The notes beneath the pieces were generated by a model, which saw only the letters and a program-made list of their open reading frames with translations, was not told the origin of the DNA and made no database searches. A stretch of 63,052 nucleotides of DNA, the filler included, from Olpidium bornovanus S191 (Eukaryota; Fungi; Olpidiomycota), in the NCBI GenBank assembly GCA_017911155.1. It is 31 parts of 31 records of this genome, joined end to end, with 100 filler letters (N's around TTAATTAATTAA, not from the genome) between each part and the next. Parts side by side here need not be neighbours in the genome. Positions count along the whole stretch, not along the records: positions 47,552 to 50,594 come from JAEFCI010012246.1; positions 50,695 to 51,737 come from JAEFCI010005282.1; positions 51,838 to 53,710 come from JAEFCI010000326.1; positions 53,811 to 55,325 come from JAEFCI010013417.1; positions 55,426 to 61,883 come from JAEFCI010009368.1; 26 more parts are not named here. One strand, written 5' to 3'. A program made the position numbers and the translations under genes. Shown here one piece after another: positions 47,605 through 59,600 of this stretch (positions within the stretch are counted from its first letter, which is position 1; each line of letters begins with the position of its first letter).

Positions 47605-50594
47605 TCATAGGAACCCGCTCTCCTGCAGCAGGCGCGCGATCTTCTCGTCCGCGCGCTCCCGGGGCTCCATGGCGAGGCTCCGGTTGTACATGTCCTGCAC
47701 GTTGCGCGACTCGCTCAGGCTCCGCTTCAGGAAATCCTGCAGCTCCCGCACGGCGGTGAGAGCGTAAGGCACGGACTGGTACTGCTGGATCTCGCGGATG
47801 ACCTCGGCCGTCTTGGTCCGCTTCGAAAAGTTGATCAGCCGCGGCTGGCCCCGCAGCCGGTCGGCGTTTCCGTCCTCGATGAAGGTCAGGTCGGTAAGGT
47901 ACACACCGAGGAACGGCACCGCGGGCGGGTTCCTGCTGTGCAACTCTTCGCGGTACTCTGAGAAGTTCTTGGTCGGACTCATCATCTTCCGCAGAGCGTC
48001 GAGGGTGGCGAGGAACTTGGCGTTCACGAGCTGCCGGAGATATTGAGGGGAGGTTTGAGCGGGAGTAAGCGATACCGGCCGGCGACGTCAACGTAGGGAG
48101 AACGCCAAATTTTACCCTCTGCTGGCCACCGAACCAACCTCCCAGGTTCTCGTGAGCCGGTGGATCGGCGCGCTGCTCAGCCCTGCCAGGATCGACATGA
48201 GGGTGTTGAAATTGTGCAGGTTCCGGCACGCCTCCGCGACGCTGATGAAGTGCTTGATGAGCGCCGTGCGCTTCTTCACCTCCGCCTCCGCCAGGATACT
48301 ATCCACCACCCAACCGGTGATGTGGTTGCTCGTCGCAATCATGGCCTTTATGTTCGGCGCGCGGTGCTGGTTCTTCTTGTCTGACCATGCCTTCTGCAGG
48401 CACTCGATCGGTCGGATCAGTTTGTACAACTTCGAATCTAGGATCGTCAGCTGCCGCGCAACCTCCAGGGCGTTGATATCCGTGAACTTCAGCCTCTTCC
48501 GGTACTTTGGCAAGATCGGCACCGGCGCCGCCACGGCGAGGTTCAGGATCATCTTGCGGGTGCTGACTTCCGACGACAGCTTCCGGTGGAACCAAACGTT
48601 TGTCAGCCGATTGTTCGCAGCACGTCGGTCTGAACGGGGGCTAAGCGGGCGCTTGCCTTCCTGTCAATGTTCTTGATTAGCTGCGCTGCCGCGAACGGCA
48701 TGTGCTCGTGTATAGTCGTAGCCGCAAAATCCCGCAACCGGTAGAGCAGGGCTTTGTCGTCGGGGTCGTTTTCGTCATAATAGTTCTCCAGCCACGACTT
48801 TAAAATGTTAAACATTCTGCCGTGCCAGAAAGGCGGCGTCAGGTTAGGGGCTGCGCTGGTCATTACGCATGAGCCAAGGTTACCCACCTCAGCCGTATTG
48901 GTTTCTGCTTCTTTTCCATCCACACTTCCCATTCTGCTGGAGTGAGGTCCAGCGGTGGTTCGATGCCAAAGCGGCGGACAAGAGCGTCGAAGAACTCGTC
49001 GTTGGTGGCGAAGCTTCGGCGGCATAGCATGAACGTGGAATTGAAGCTGGCGTCGTGGGCATTGTGGAGGGTGAGCCGCTGGACCAGTGCTTCCAAGGTA
49101 CCGGCCTTGACCTGACCGTCAACAGTGAAGACGATGTCCTCACTCGGGTAGTCATAGGAGAGGAACCAGGGAACTGTGCCACCTTGCGAGCCAATGGTGT
49201 TGCCAGACATCAGAGAAGCGCTGGAGAGAGTCTGCGCGGTTGTTGCAATAGACATTGGACGCCCTCCGTCTTGCGCACCGACAATATCGGTCGACATTGA
49301 GGGCCGCCGGCTGCCCTCGCTGGCGGAGGGCCTGTGACCGTAGCCCGGCCAGCGGCCGGGACTCCTGGTCGCTGAGGAAGGGGCAACTGCAGACTGAGTC
49401 TGTGTGTTCACCGACAAGCCAGGGGAAAGGGTGGAGGGCGCCACAGCGTCACGCGTCACGCTGCTTGATCGGCCTCTCTCCTGCAACTTCGGGAGGTCCG
49501 CGAGGTTGAAGCCGGAACGCGGCTCGGAGCCCTGGCCCTCCTCTTCCGCGCGCTGGAGCCTGCGTTGGGCGATCGTCGGACTCAGCGCCGCAGCGGTGTC
49601 TAGGTTCGGCCCGCTTCGCGACCGTGGCGGGACAGCCGACCGCGTTGCGGGGGTGGTACTGATAGGCGGCAGCTGGCCCTGCTGCTGCTTATCAATCGCC
49701 TCCTGGAATCGATCCTGCTCCCGCCTCTCTTGCTCAACCTGCTGCTGCTTTACCGAGGCGCCGGTTTCGTCCTCTCCCAGAAAATTTAGCGACATTGCTC
49801 TCCGCGGCTGCATGTCCGGAACGTCATCCGCGTCTGAGGCGCCTCGGTCCTCGCCGCGCGTGGCCTCCTTCTCCCCTGTCCGCTTCCCTGACGGCTTTTC
49901 GGAACTAGACCGCTGGTTGTGCTTGTTCATATCCTCCTCAAGGGTAATGCGCTCGCGCTCACAACGCTCCTCCATGAAATGTTTAGTAAGGACGCATAGG
50001 TCGCGCACGCACGTCTCGACCAACACCGCGCTTCGCACGATGTCGTTCTGGACGGTGGCTGGTGCGAGTGGGTCCGCTGCCACCTGTGTCGCCATAACCA
50101 GACCCGAAATGGCGTTGTAGAGCGCCTTCTTGGTCATGAGGAACTTCGAGGCCTGCTCGGAGCTCTGGACGCCCTGCGCCGGGGAGTCGGATGGGACAGA
50201 GAGCAAGTCCTCTGGAGATAAGTCCTCCATCAACGAAAGCAACTCGCCCACCTCGGTCACAGAGGCCCTGGTCTGCGCGATGAGGGCCTGCGCGGACCGC
50301 GGACCTTCCGGTGCCATCGCCGAAACGGCACGAGTGACCGCGCTGGCGTTTTCTAGGGCGGACGTGGGCGACGGCAAATGCTTCTCAGCCGCGTCTCGCT
50401 TGGCGTGCTCCGATAATATGCGAGTTGCACGGTAAATGGAACGGGAGTGTTGATCCAGTTGTTGCAGCAAATCCGAGGGGTTGCAATTTTCCCTTTGATG
50501 CTGCTGCCTACGCCGCGACACCTGATCCCACGGTGATACGGGCCTCCTCCCGTCCAAACTGTTAGGCGCCTGGCGCCGCTCCGCAACATCCATG
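47605..50594 (-). CDS. CDC25: Ras guanine nucleotide exchange factor, Cdc25/Ste6-like (5'-partial, spliced)
   Basis: REM domain (VKAGTLEALVQRLT...FNILKSWLE) and CDC25 domain (EVARQLTILD; NFNTLMSILAGLSSAPIHRLTRTWE; VPFLGVYLTDLTFIEDGN; INFSKR). Confidence 0.95.
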
Positions 50595-51107
50595 NNNNNN
50601 NNNNNNNNNNNNNNNNNNNNNNNNNNNNNNNNNNNNNNTTAATTAATTAANNNNNNNNNNNNNNNNNNNNNNNNNNNNNNNNNNNNNNNNNNNNAAAACC
50701 CCGGCACAACACGCGCAATCTCCGGCCCGAACAGCGCTGCTTGTTTTTTTTTCCCGCGACTTGCCGCTCTCGGCGTGCTAAGAAAAGCGTCTTTGCTCTT
50801 TCGGCCAAGAACATGGGGTATCTGCCAAGAATTAACGCTGCTCGGCGCGTGCCGGAACCGGTGGGGAAAGGGTGGGAGGGAAAGGGGAATTGTGAAGATC
50901 AAGATATTATCGCGAAAAAAGGAGAATTTATGCAAAAAAGCAATGCCACCCGCAAGATAATTTTTCTGCCAAGGTCCGTGGTGGGTGTTATTCCGCGGAA
51001 CGCCGCGGTTTTTCGCTCTTCCGTTTTTTTTCATCTTTTTTTTTGTTTTTGTCTGTTTTTCGTTTTTCGTCTTTTTTTGTCGCTCTTTTTTCTCTTTTTT
51101 TTGTGCT

Positions 51108-51669
51108 TCAGCCGATCGGGATGCGCTTCGGTTGGGTGTTGTCGTTCTTGACGATGGTAATGTCCAGGATGCCGTTGTCCATTTTCGCCTGGACTTTCGA
51201 GCAGTCGACCGTACTCGGCAGCGCGAGGTAGCGTTCAAAGCGGCCGTAGCGGCGCTCCCTGATGCGCACACCGCGCTCGTCGACGTCCTTCGTCTCCTCG
51301 TTCTCGCCGGAGATGGACAGCACGTTGTTCTTTCGGGAATAAAGGTTGATCGGCGCGCGAGTCAGCGCGGGGAGAGAGGCGGCGGGGCGGGTCGGGGCGG
51401 GCAGGAGCGGGCGGGGCAGAAGGCCGAAAAAAAAAGAAAAATATCGACACAGGGCAACTCCGGTAAACCGGAGGAGCGCGGGCCGTAGCGCGGGGGTTCG
51501 TCGCACGCACGTCCACGTCGACGTTGACCTTGCTCTTGGGTATCCCCGGCAGCTCGGCGCACACTTTGATCACGTCCTCGTGCTCCGTGACGTCAACGCG
51601 CGGCGTCCACGTGCCCGTCGTCGTCGCCGCGAACCGACCGAGCGACCTCTCGCCGCCTTCCGGGAACAA
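51108..51669 (-). CDS. Small heat shock protein (HSP20/alpha-crystallin domain), 5'-partial, one intron
   Basis: WTPRVDVTEHEDVIKVCAELPGIPKSKVNVDVD|NNVLSISGE...RERRYGRFERYLALP...AKMDNGILDITIVK. Confidence 0.92.
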
Positions 51670-51689
51670 GAAGCTGGCGGGGAGCGGGT

Positions 51690-51732
<43 letters not shown>

Positions 51733-51837
51733 ACGACNNNNNNNNNNNNNNNNNNNNNNNNNNNNNNNNNNNNNNNNNNNNTTAATTAATTAANNNNNNN
51801 NNNNNNNNNNNNNNNNNNNNNNNNNNNNNNNNNNNNN

Positions 51838-52418
51838 CTGTCCTATCAAACGCCCGTGATGGAGAGTTTAGCTAGTAGCGACATAAAGCAAGCGGACGAA
51901 ACGGACCTGATTTTCCCAATAGAATCCGCCTACCTGCACGTACGCGAGGCAATTCATGCCAAACTTCTCGACGTATGCACAGATCGCCTTAACTGTCTAA
52001 CGGTTGTCCACAAAGGGTTACAAGCAGATATTGAAATGCCGTAAACGGCCGGGTTTCAACGGCAGCCGTGCGGAAGCCACGTAGGGATGACGAGAATATC
52101 AAAAACAAAATAAAAGCAGGGAACCGTGTGGCATTGCGGGAAAGGAACAATCCGTTTGCGAGCGAAACGAGAAGGCCACTTTGACGGGGGCAACTTGCGT
52201 TTCCAACAGAGCGGAAACTAAACCCGTACCGCGAGTTGGTTTCTCAGCTTTGAAAGCACGAGTTCAACACGCGGCCGGAGCTCTTCCGCCGCGCGAGTCT
52301 CGGCGTCGTGCGCGGCGAGGGACGCGTTCGCCTGAGAGCACAGCGACTCGCCGATCTGGAGGCCCTTTTTCGATCTGGCGACGAGCTCGATGAGCGCGCT
52401 CTTTGCCGCGGTCGTCAT
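51838..52418 (-). CDS. ATG17: Autophagy-related protein 17, N-terminus (3'-partial, spliced)
   Basis: MTTAAKSALIELVARSKKGLQIGESLCSQANASL...RVELVLSKLRNQL resembles the fungal Atg17 N-terminal L..L...SKK.L..GE.LCS.AN pattern. Confidence 0.7.
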
Positions 52419-53476
52419 GAGGGAACGAGAACGAGATTTTTTTTTTTCCTGCCGGGTGCGCCCGTCCCTTGGGAAAACTCTGGAGCGACGGACGCGGGAC
52501 GAGACCCACGGTTCGCGCGCAGCGTGTGTCGACGGGCCGCAGGGACGGGGGGTTCTCCGCGAGTGTTGTGCAACGACGCCACCAGCGTCCTGGCGTTTGC
52601 AGTGAGAGCGCGGTGGTGAGAGGGCGGAAGAGCGCGACAGGAGAAAGGCCGGAGGGGGAAGGGGGGAAGGGGGAAGGAGAGGGGCAACCGGAACGAGACC
52701 GCTCCTTCGGAAACGGCGCGCGGGAAACCTCCGGAAGCGCAAGCGCGGAGTCAAGGCCGCGCAGGCGTACAGCGCCGGGTTGCCCCTCCTGCGCCGCCGC
52801 TCCCGTTTGGCAGGCTGTGTGACCTGGGTTGCAGAGAGAGGCGGGTGACGGAGCCAGACCGGCGTTCCCGACGGGGCCGGGAAAAGGGGGGAAGAAGGGG
52901 AGGTGCGAGCGGGTGAGAGGGCACGTGAGAGTGAGAGAGAGAGAGAGAGAGAAAAAGATCCGCCATCCTCTCCTTTCCCGTCATCGTCAAAATCGAACAG
53001 TTCCGTCAGAGAGAGAGTATCACCAACAGGCTCTTCGCGAGCCGAGACGGGAATGTATTTTTGGAAGGAAGCGGGATACAACGCAACGTAGTGCAGCCGT
53101 GTAGAAAAGTAGCAATCGGGGAAGCACAATTTTTTTTTTTCGCAAACAGGTTTCACGCTATCGGAACGTTGTTCAGCAGCTTCCTGACAAAGCCTCCTCC
53201 GACAAGCTCCGCCAGCTTTGACCTCCGCTCGTCAGCGCACGAATATGACGATCCGCGGGACCGGCCACGGGATGCCGCTGATGCGGAAGGTCCTGCCGTG
53301 CCGTCCTCGCCGTCAACCTGCCTGCCGTACTTTTCAGGCGAAGAGTCCGGCGAGAGGTAAATCACAAGGAACTCGAGGCATTTTAGCCTAAACAGATGTT
53401 TAAGTTTGTCGATGGGATTGTCACTACTAGCAGCGGCAATTATTTTTTTTTCGCCCGTAATTTTTTTATTTTAATT

Positions 53477-53511
<35 letters not shown>

Positions 53512-53518
53512 CTTTTGG

Positions 53519-53552
<34 letters not shown>

Positions 53553-53619
53553 CTTTTTCGCTTTCTTTCTTTCTTTTTTTTTTCGCTTTCTTTCTTTCTT
53601 TTTTTTCGCTTTCTTTCTT

Positions 53620-53654
<35 letters not shown>

Positions 53655-54280
53655 AAAAGCCCAGCGGGACGAAAAAAAAGAAATAATCGCCAGGGTTTGA
53701 CGCAGTCATCNNNNNNNNNNNNNNNNNNNNNNNNNNNNNNNNNNNNNNNNNNNNTTAATTAATTAANNNNNNNNNNNNNNNNNNNNNNNNNNNNNNNNNN
53801 NNNNNNNNNNCATGACGCGGCCGGAATCGACCAGCAACGGGCCGTCACCCACCTGACGAACGAACCTGCACAGCACGATTTACGTACAAAAACCATTTGC
53901 GGGCAAGATGATGCTGGGCCCACCGGATAGAGCAAACCTCAAAGCACGGGATGGCGGGAAACGGGGCGTTGGACTGGAGGTTGAGGACGTTGAACGGGCT
54001 GGGCAGTGCGCGGGGTGGACGTGCGTGTTCGGCGAGTGGGCGAGAAAGAAGGAAAAAAAAAAAAACCAACACAAAAAAAAAGGATGAAATGAGAGGACTC
54101 GTGCCGCGGTGCCCCCCCAACCTCGCGCACGCAGGCCGCGCCTTCACCCTCGCCGACGCGCTGCTGCCGGTAAGAGCTGCTCGCGCTCTCCCCTTCGCCA
54201 CCGCACCTGCGGTCCTGCTGCGCGGCTTCGGCAATACCGCAGCGACCACAGCGGCGGCGACCGCCGTGCGCACTCCCGTC

Positions 54281-55037
54281 ATGCATGCCTCAAAGACGGA
54301 CAAGGAGTGGCGGGCCGGTAAGCGCAGCCGCTTCCCCTCCTTGAGGCACTTCCATCCTCGGAGGACGAAGCGCCCCCCCCCCCCCCCACCCCCCCCCTCA
54401 CACGCGCCGCGCCTCGGGCCTCCCCTGGCCTTTCCTCCTTCTCTCACGCAAGAGACCGCTCTTCCGTCAAGTCCTCACTCCTGAACAGTTTCGGGTCATC
54501 CGCGAGAAAGGCACCGAGGCGCCGGGCACGGGCCAGTACAACAAGCATAAGGAGAAAGGGACCTACGAATGCGCGGCTTGCCGAACCCCGCTCTACGTCT
54601 CCGACACCAAGTTCGACTCGTCCTGCGGCTGGCCGGCCTTTTACGACGCCATCCCCGGCGCAGTTTCGAGGCACCCGGATCCTGACGGACGCAGGACCGA
54701 GATCACTTGCACCGCCTGCGGCGGTCACCTTGGCCACGTGTGAGTTTTCGAATTATTTAGGGCGGCGAGCGCGGAAGGTCATTGTGCAAAACGATTATCG
54801 GCTACAGCCCGCTCTTTCAAGCTGCTGCAAACAGACTTACGGGGTTTCGAATTAGTTTCAAGGGCGAGGGGTTCCCCACACCAACCGATGAGCGGCACTG
54901 CGTGAACAGTATCGTGAGTGGGGCTCCCCATAAACCCCTGTTTCTCCAGTCACCGCCGGCTGAGAAGGCTCAAACAGGCTTGTCCGTCGTTTTCCGTTAC
55001 CTCGCAGAGTCTGAATTTCCACGGAGAGAACAAATAA
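54281..55037 (+). CDS. MXR2: Peptide methionine-R-sulfoxide reductase MsrB (spliced; may extend upstream with a targeting peptide)
   Basis: KTDKEWRA|VLTPEQFRVIREKGTEAPGTG...YECAACRTPLY...KFDSSCGWPAFY...RTEITCTACGGHLGHV|FKGEGFPTPTDERHCVNSI|SLNF; two CxxC zinc motifs. Confidence 0.93.
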
Positions 55038-55425
55038 ATTGGCGAAAATCACGCCCGCATAAAAACTTTTACTACGCGTACCACCGTTCACATAGCGACG
55101 CCGTCTTCTTTTGCGGCCAATCGGATTCCTTTGAGATTTCTCGCTTGCTCGCCCTCATAAAGAGTTCCACAAAATGCTCCGTTTTCCAGAATACGCCGCT
55201 GTTTTCTTTGTCTCGGCCGTTCGGATTCCTTTGGGATTTTTCCTGCCTGACTTCGCCTGCGCCGATGCCAGACGGAACGTTGTGATAATATCAAGCTTTG
55301 TACCGGACGGAACAGCACTCTCATGNNNNNNNNNNNNNNNNNNNNNNNNNNNNNNNNNNNNNNNNNNNNTTAATTAATTAANNNNNNNNNNNNNNNNNNN
55401 NNNNNNNNNNNNNNNNNNNNNNNNN

Positions 55426-56023
55426 CATGTTATGAGTAAAATGCGCGGCGACGGCGTGGTCGGCACCGACACTATACACTTCCCTTCAGGCATCGAGAGT
55501 TATTAGTATGGGACAGGCTTCCTCATCATCTAGGCAGGTGAACAATCCGTACCAGAGATTTGAGGACCCAGTTACAGAGAGGTACCGGGATATGTACGAA
55601 GAACGACTAGATCCATTCAAAGCGTTTTATAGAAAAGTGAGTGCACAGCGCCTATCCTGAAGTTCGAGTTGCCCATTTTTTGCTGCGCAGTAGAATTTCA
55701 GCGATGGTAACTGTTTTGATTGCACATGATTTCTACGCTCATTCCATACCACGTAGGAGGAGACCCGTCGCTACAATTCACTCAACCCAGCAGACAAGGC
55801 AACGCTCTCCATCACACGCCTCCTCGTCGGAAACAGGCACTTTCGCGTGTTCTTGGTTGTATACTCGTTCATGCTGCATATGCTCGTTTTGATCAACACC
55901 TACCAATGGGCAATGACCGAAGAGTGCAAGCACGACCACACCGAGCAAATATGCAGGCAGTTCGCCACGGGGTTTTCTGCAGCCGGCGCCTCCGTCGTAG
56001 GCGATCCCGTTCTGGCTGCATGA
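55426..56023 (+). CDS. COY1: CASP/Coy1 golgin C-terminus (5'-partial, spliced)
   Basis: ERYRDMYEERLDPFKAFYRK|EETRRYNSLNPADKATLSITRLLVGNRHFRVFLVVYSFMLHMLVL: CASP_C domain with the conserved Y/H transmembrane residues. Confidence 0.85.
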
Positions 56024-56264
56024 AAGCTTGACATGCAAGTCTTCAACAAAATAAGGATTAGGACGTTCCGCCGTTTGCGTGCAAATCCCAGTCGTTGATA
56101 TTTCCGTGCTTAACGACGCCTCCCTGCGACCTGTTAGTGCTCGTTTGGTTAACGGGTCTTAACGTAGGATTTCCGGAGATTTCCTCTTCTATGTAAAAAC
56201 CCGGCAGATCGGCGGAATACAGAAGCTCTCGGAGCTCCTCTTCAAAACCGCATAATATTCTACA

Positions 56265-56315
56265 TTATCGTGAACTCCCGTGGGGTGAACTCCCGTGGGG
56301 TGGAGTTCACGATAA
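56265..56315. repeat. Perfect 14-bp inverted repeat enclosing a 15-bp tandem duplication, upstream of SER1
   Basis: TTATCGTGAACTCC (56265-56278) and GGAGTTCACGATAA (56302-56315); TGAACTCCCGTGGGG twice inside. Confidence 0.85.
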
Positions 56316-56428
56316 GGGAACTCAAAAAAAAAAAAAAAAAAAAAAAAACTCAAACGGCGCGGTTTCCCCACGCACGGGAATTTTTTGCAGAGCTCAAACC
56401 GCGGCCGAACCCAAAGCAGCAGCAGGAT

Positions 56429-57667
56429 ATGGCCGCGAGTCCGGGCGGGGAGAAGGCCGTGATGGACGCGCGTCGGGCGGCGGGGAAGACCGCCAGGCGC
56501 GTGCTCAACTTCGCCGCGGGCCCGGCGTGCATGCCCCTCGAGGTGCTGGAGAAGGCCCAGGCCGAGTTGGTGGATTTCCGTGGGAAAGGCATGTCCCTCA
56601 TGGAGATGTCTCACCGGGGCGCGGAGTACGAGGAGGTCCACAACCGCGCCATACGCGACCTGCGCGCCTTGCTGGGGGTGCCCGAGAAAGGGTACCGCGT
56701 CCTCTTCCTGCAGGGAGGAGGGAGCCTCCAGTTCTCTGCGGTGGTGTACAACCTGCTTGCCGCCCGGCGGCGGAGTCTCGAGGAGGACGACGATGCCTCG
56801 TCCCCGCGGCCGAAGGTGGACTACGTCATCACGGGCTCCTGGTCCGCCAAGGCGGCCGAGGAGGCTGCGCGGCTTGGGTGCAGGGTGAACGTCGTGGCGG
56901 ACGGGAAAGAGCACTTCGGGGGCAGGTACGCCGGCGTGCCGCCCCGGGAGAAGTGGAAGCTGTCGGGCTCCCGGGCGGTGTATGTGTACTACTGCGACAA
57001 CGAGACGGTGGACGGCGTCGAGTTCCCCTTCGTGCCCGACGTGGGTTCGGTGCCGCTGGTGTGCGACATGTCGTCGAACATACTCTCGCGCCCGGTGGAT
57101 GTGTGTAAGTTCGGCGTGATCTACGCCGGGGCGCAGAAGAACATCGGTCCCGCCGGGATGACCGTCGTGATCGTCCGGGAGGACCTGCTGGCGGCGCCCG
57201 CGAGCGCCGACGACGCGACGGGAAGATCGGCGCCCGTGGGCCCTTTGACGCTCAACTACAAGCTGCAGGCGGACAACAACAGCCTCTACAATACCGCGCC
57301 GACCTTCGCGATATACCTCGCTGGCCTCGTCTTCGAGTGGCTGCTCGCGCGCGGCGGGCTGCCCGCCATCACGGCTGCGAACGAGCGCAAAGCCCGCAAA
57401 CTGTACGACACGATCGACGCCTCAAGAGGCTTCTACCGTTGCCCGGTCGATATCGCGTCGAGGTCCCGAATGAACGTGGTGTTCCGGCTGCCCATCCCGG
57501 AATTGGAGAGCAAGTTCGTCACGGAAGCCGAGGCCAGGGACATGGTCCAGCTCAGGGGGCACCGTTCCGTCGGCGGGATCCGGGCCTCGATCTACAACGC
57601 GATGGCTGAAGGAGGGGTAGAGGTCCTTGCGAAGTTCATGGAGGAGTTCGCCGCAGCAAACAGGTGA
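56429..57667 (+). CDS. SER1: Phosphoserine aminotransferase, complete and intronless
   Basis: NFAAGPA; MEMSHRG; VLFLQGGGSLQF; DYVITGSWSAKA; NETVDGVEF; CDMSSNILSRP; AGAQKNIGPAG (PLP lysine); NTAPTF; RSRMNV; GHRSVGGIRASIYNAM. Confidence 0.96.
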   Translation: MAASPGGEKAVMDARRAAGKTARRVLNFAAGPACMPLEVLEKAQAELVDFRGKGMSLMEMSHRGAEYEEVHNRAIRDLRALLGVPEKGYRVLFLQGGGSLQFSAVVYNLLAARRRSLEEDDDASSPRPKVDYVITGSWSAKAAEEAARLGCRVNVVADGKEHFGGRYAGVPPREKWKLSGSRAVYVYYCDNETVDGVEFPFVPDVGSVPLVCDMSSNILSRPVDVCKFGVIYAGAQKNIGPAGMTVVIVREDLLAAPASADDATGRSAPVGPLTLNYKLQADNNSLYNTAPTFAIYLAGLVFEWLLARGGLPAITAANERKARKLYDTIDASRGFYRCPVDIASRSRMNVVFRLPIPELESKFVTEAEARDMVQLRGHRSVGGIRASIYNAMAEGGVEVLAKFMEEFAAANR

Positions 57668-57949
57668 ACCGCCCGGCGCGCTGTTTTCTGCCACTGTCTT
57701 CTGCAGTTTCATGTGCGGAATGGCGGCGCCTGGTACGGAAACGACGGCAGGCACGCTTTGATCGTCGAACCAGTCGCGATAGATAAAGTGCTTTTGGAGG
57801 GTCCCGATCCCCCTAGATTGTGTGGGTCAATGGCCCGCCGAACCTCCAGTACCATTTGTACTGTTTTCTTAAAGGGACCTGTTTCTAGGCAGCAAGTTAA
57901 ACCAATCGAAACAGGATAGATGGCGGTTAGAGTTTGATCGTAGTAAGAG

Positions 57950-58610
57950 TAGAGGCGTTACGTGTTCTGCGATGGGTCCGGCCAACCGGTCGGCGACCTG
58001 TCGGAGTTGGTCGCCCGTTGCCGGAGCCTAACCGTAAGCCTAGGAAAGAAATTCAACGTTTCGCCCATTCGGTCACGGTGCCATCGAGCTGCCGCAACTT
58101 CAGGCCCCCAGAATGTGTGCGCAACTGCACAACCTGACTCCGGTTCATGGAACAGGCATCGTCTGTCGCTTTCTCTTCCGCATAATTAGCGACGCACTTC
58201 TCTTTAATATACGAAGTCGCTGCCGGAACCAAGCTGGAAGTGCCAAGCCTTACTGCCACAAAGAACAGGCAGGTAGAAGCCCCTGTTGATGTAGTCAGGC
58301 TGGAAAGGGTTGCGTTTGTCCAGCGCGGTGGCTGCGATAACAGTACCATTCTTGAAATCGACGGTAAGCTGACCAAGTTCCATCGACAGGGTGCCGATTA
58401 GCCATTTCGTCGCCAACAATGACGAACTAAGTCGTTGGCTGGAACTTCGAATCTGCCAGCAATACACATCCTCTTCACACTTGCCACCACAGCGACTACG
58501 ATGGATTTACGCATGGCGCAAAGTCTCTTCCTCGGAAAAGCCACCATGGCAAGTCGATTTTGTCCGGCGTCGATAAGCTCGGAGCGCTCTACAACATTCT
58601 TCACTTTCTG
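57950..58610 (-). pseudogene. Degenerate coding-like region, probably a transposable-element relic
   Basis: One frame runs with scattered stops (CHGGFSEEETLRHA*IHRSRCGGKCEE...LTVDFKNGTVIAATALD...AWHFQLGSGSDFVY*). Weak similarity to gypsy RNase H only. Confidence 0.3.
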
Positions 58611-59221
58611 CAGCGGGATCACGCACAAAGCTTAAATTATGGCTACGTTTCCTCGCATCAAATATCAATGCAAAGGATCAGCTAGCCGCTGCGCTGCAGT
58701 ACGCGAATATGTTTTTCAACGGCATCGGCTGCGATCGTTTTAGATATATGCCTGTCAGTAATAGTATTAAGTGATCAAGGTACCGTACATCTCCAGTGCT
58801 TCTACAAGACAAATTAAACCGCTAAAATGGTTCTACTAAGACGTTGGTTATGCTTTCTCGTTGACTTTGGCTCATCTGGTTTGTGAGAAAAAACGCATAC
58901 TGAAAGCACCCTTTACTGCTCTTTGGGTCCCACTAATTCGTTCGACAAATGCATCGAATTGGCAGTGGGTGAGTGAGCAGATTATGGTTGGGGCGCTCAC
59001 ACCGCCAGCTTTATTGGCCTCTGGTGGATAGCCACTATGTAATCCTAGCCACTATGGGATCACCTGTTGGTCAGGCGTGGCGGACAAGCGATCGGTTCCG
59101 CAACACTCCCCCTCGATCGTTGTCCTATCGATTGTCCTGAAGCGCCCCCGCGATCGTGGGGCAGCGTTGTTGAATTTGTCACCCCTTGAGAATGTAATCT
59201 CAAACGACTCATATTTGTTCC

Positions 59222-59600
59222 ATGAGCATTTCCAGTGCCATAACTTTCATTTTCGCACACATAAACACCCCAGCCGTAATTGTTATTTCCGTTGCGGCAT
59301 ATCGAGAGTGTACGCAACATGCAAGCTCGGGTAATTGTTGTCGGATGCGCGTTTGCTCTGCGCGCAACACCGAGCGGCGTTCCCAGTGGTCCGAACATCA
59401 AAAACACATTGGCGATGATTGCGTTGTGGACATTCGCACATGATGGCAATGAAGATCATGGTTGTATCATTGTTGTAAGCTCGCATAATCTGCAGCAACT
59501 GGGAGCGGACCGAAGCAGGAATGTGCTTCTCGCACTTGGGCGGAACGTACTCGCGGAACGTGCCTCGGCGTTGCGGACGACGCGGCTCTCGTATGTGGCG
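59222..59600 (+). pseudogene. Frameshifted NYN (LabA/DUF88, PIN-like) domain relic
   Basis: VISVAAYREC in one frame, then SGVPSGPNIKNTLAMIALWTFAHD...IIVVSSHNL...RSRNVLL in the next, paralleling NYN motifs (.AY.D; SGV...P...K..AD..I...M..FA.D; IVLISGD.DF...L..RGYNV.L). Catalytic aspartates degraded. Confidence 0.5.
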
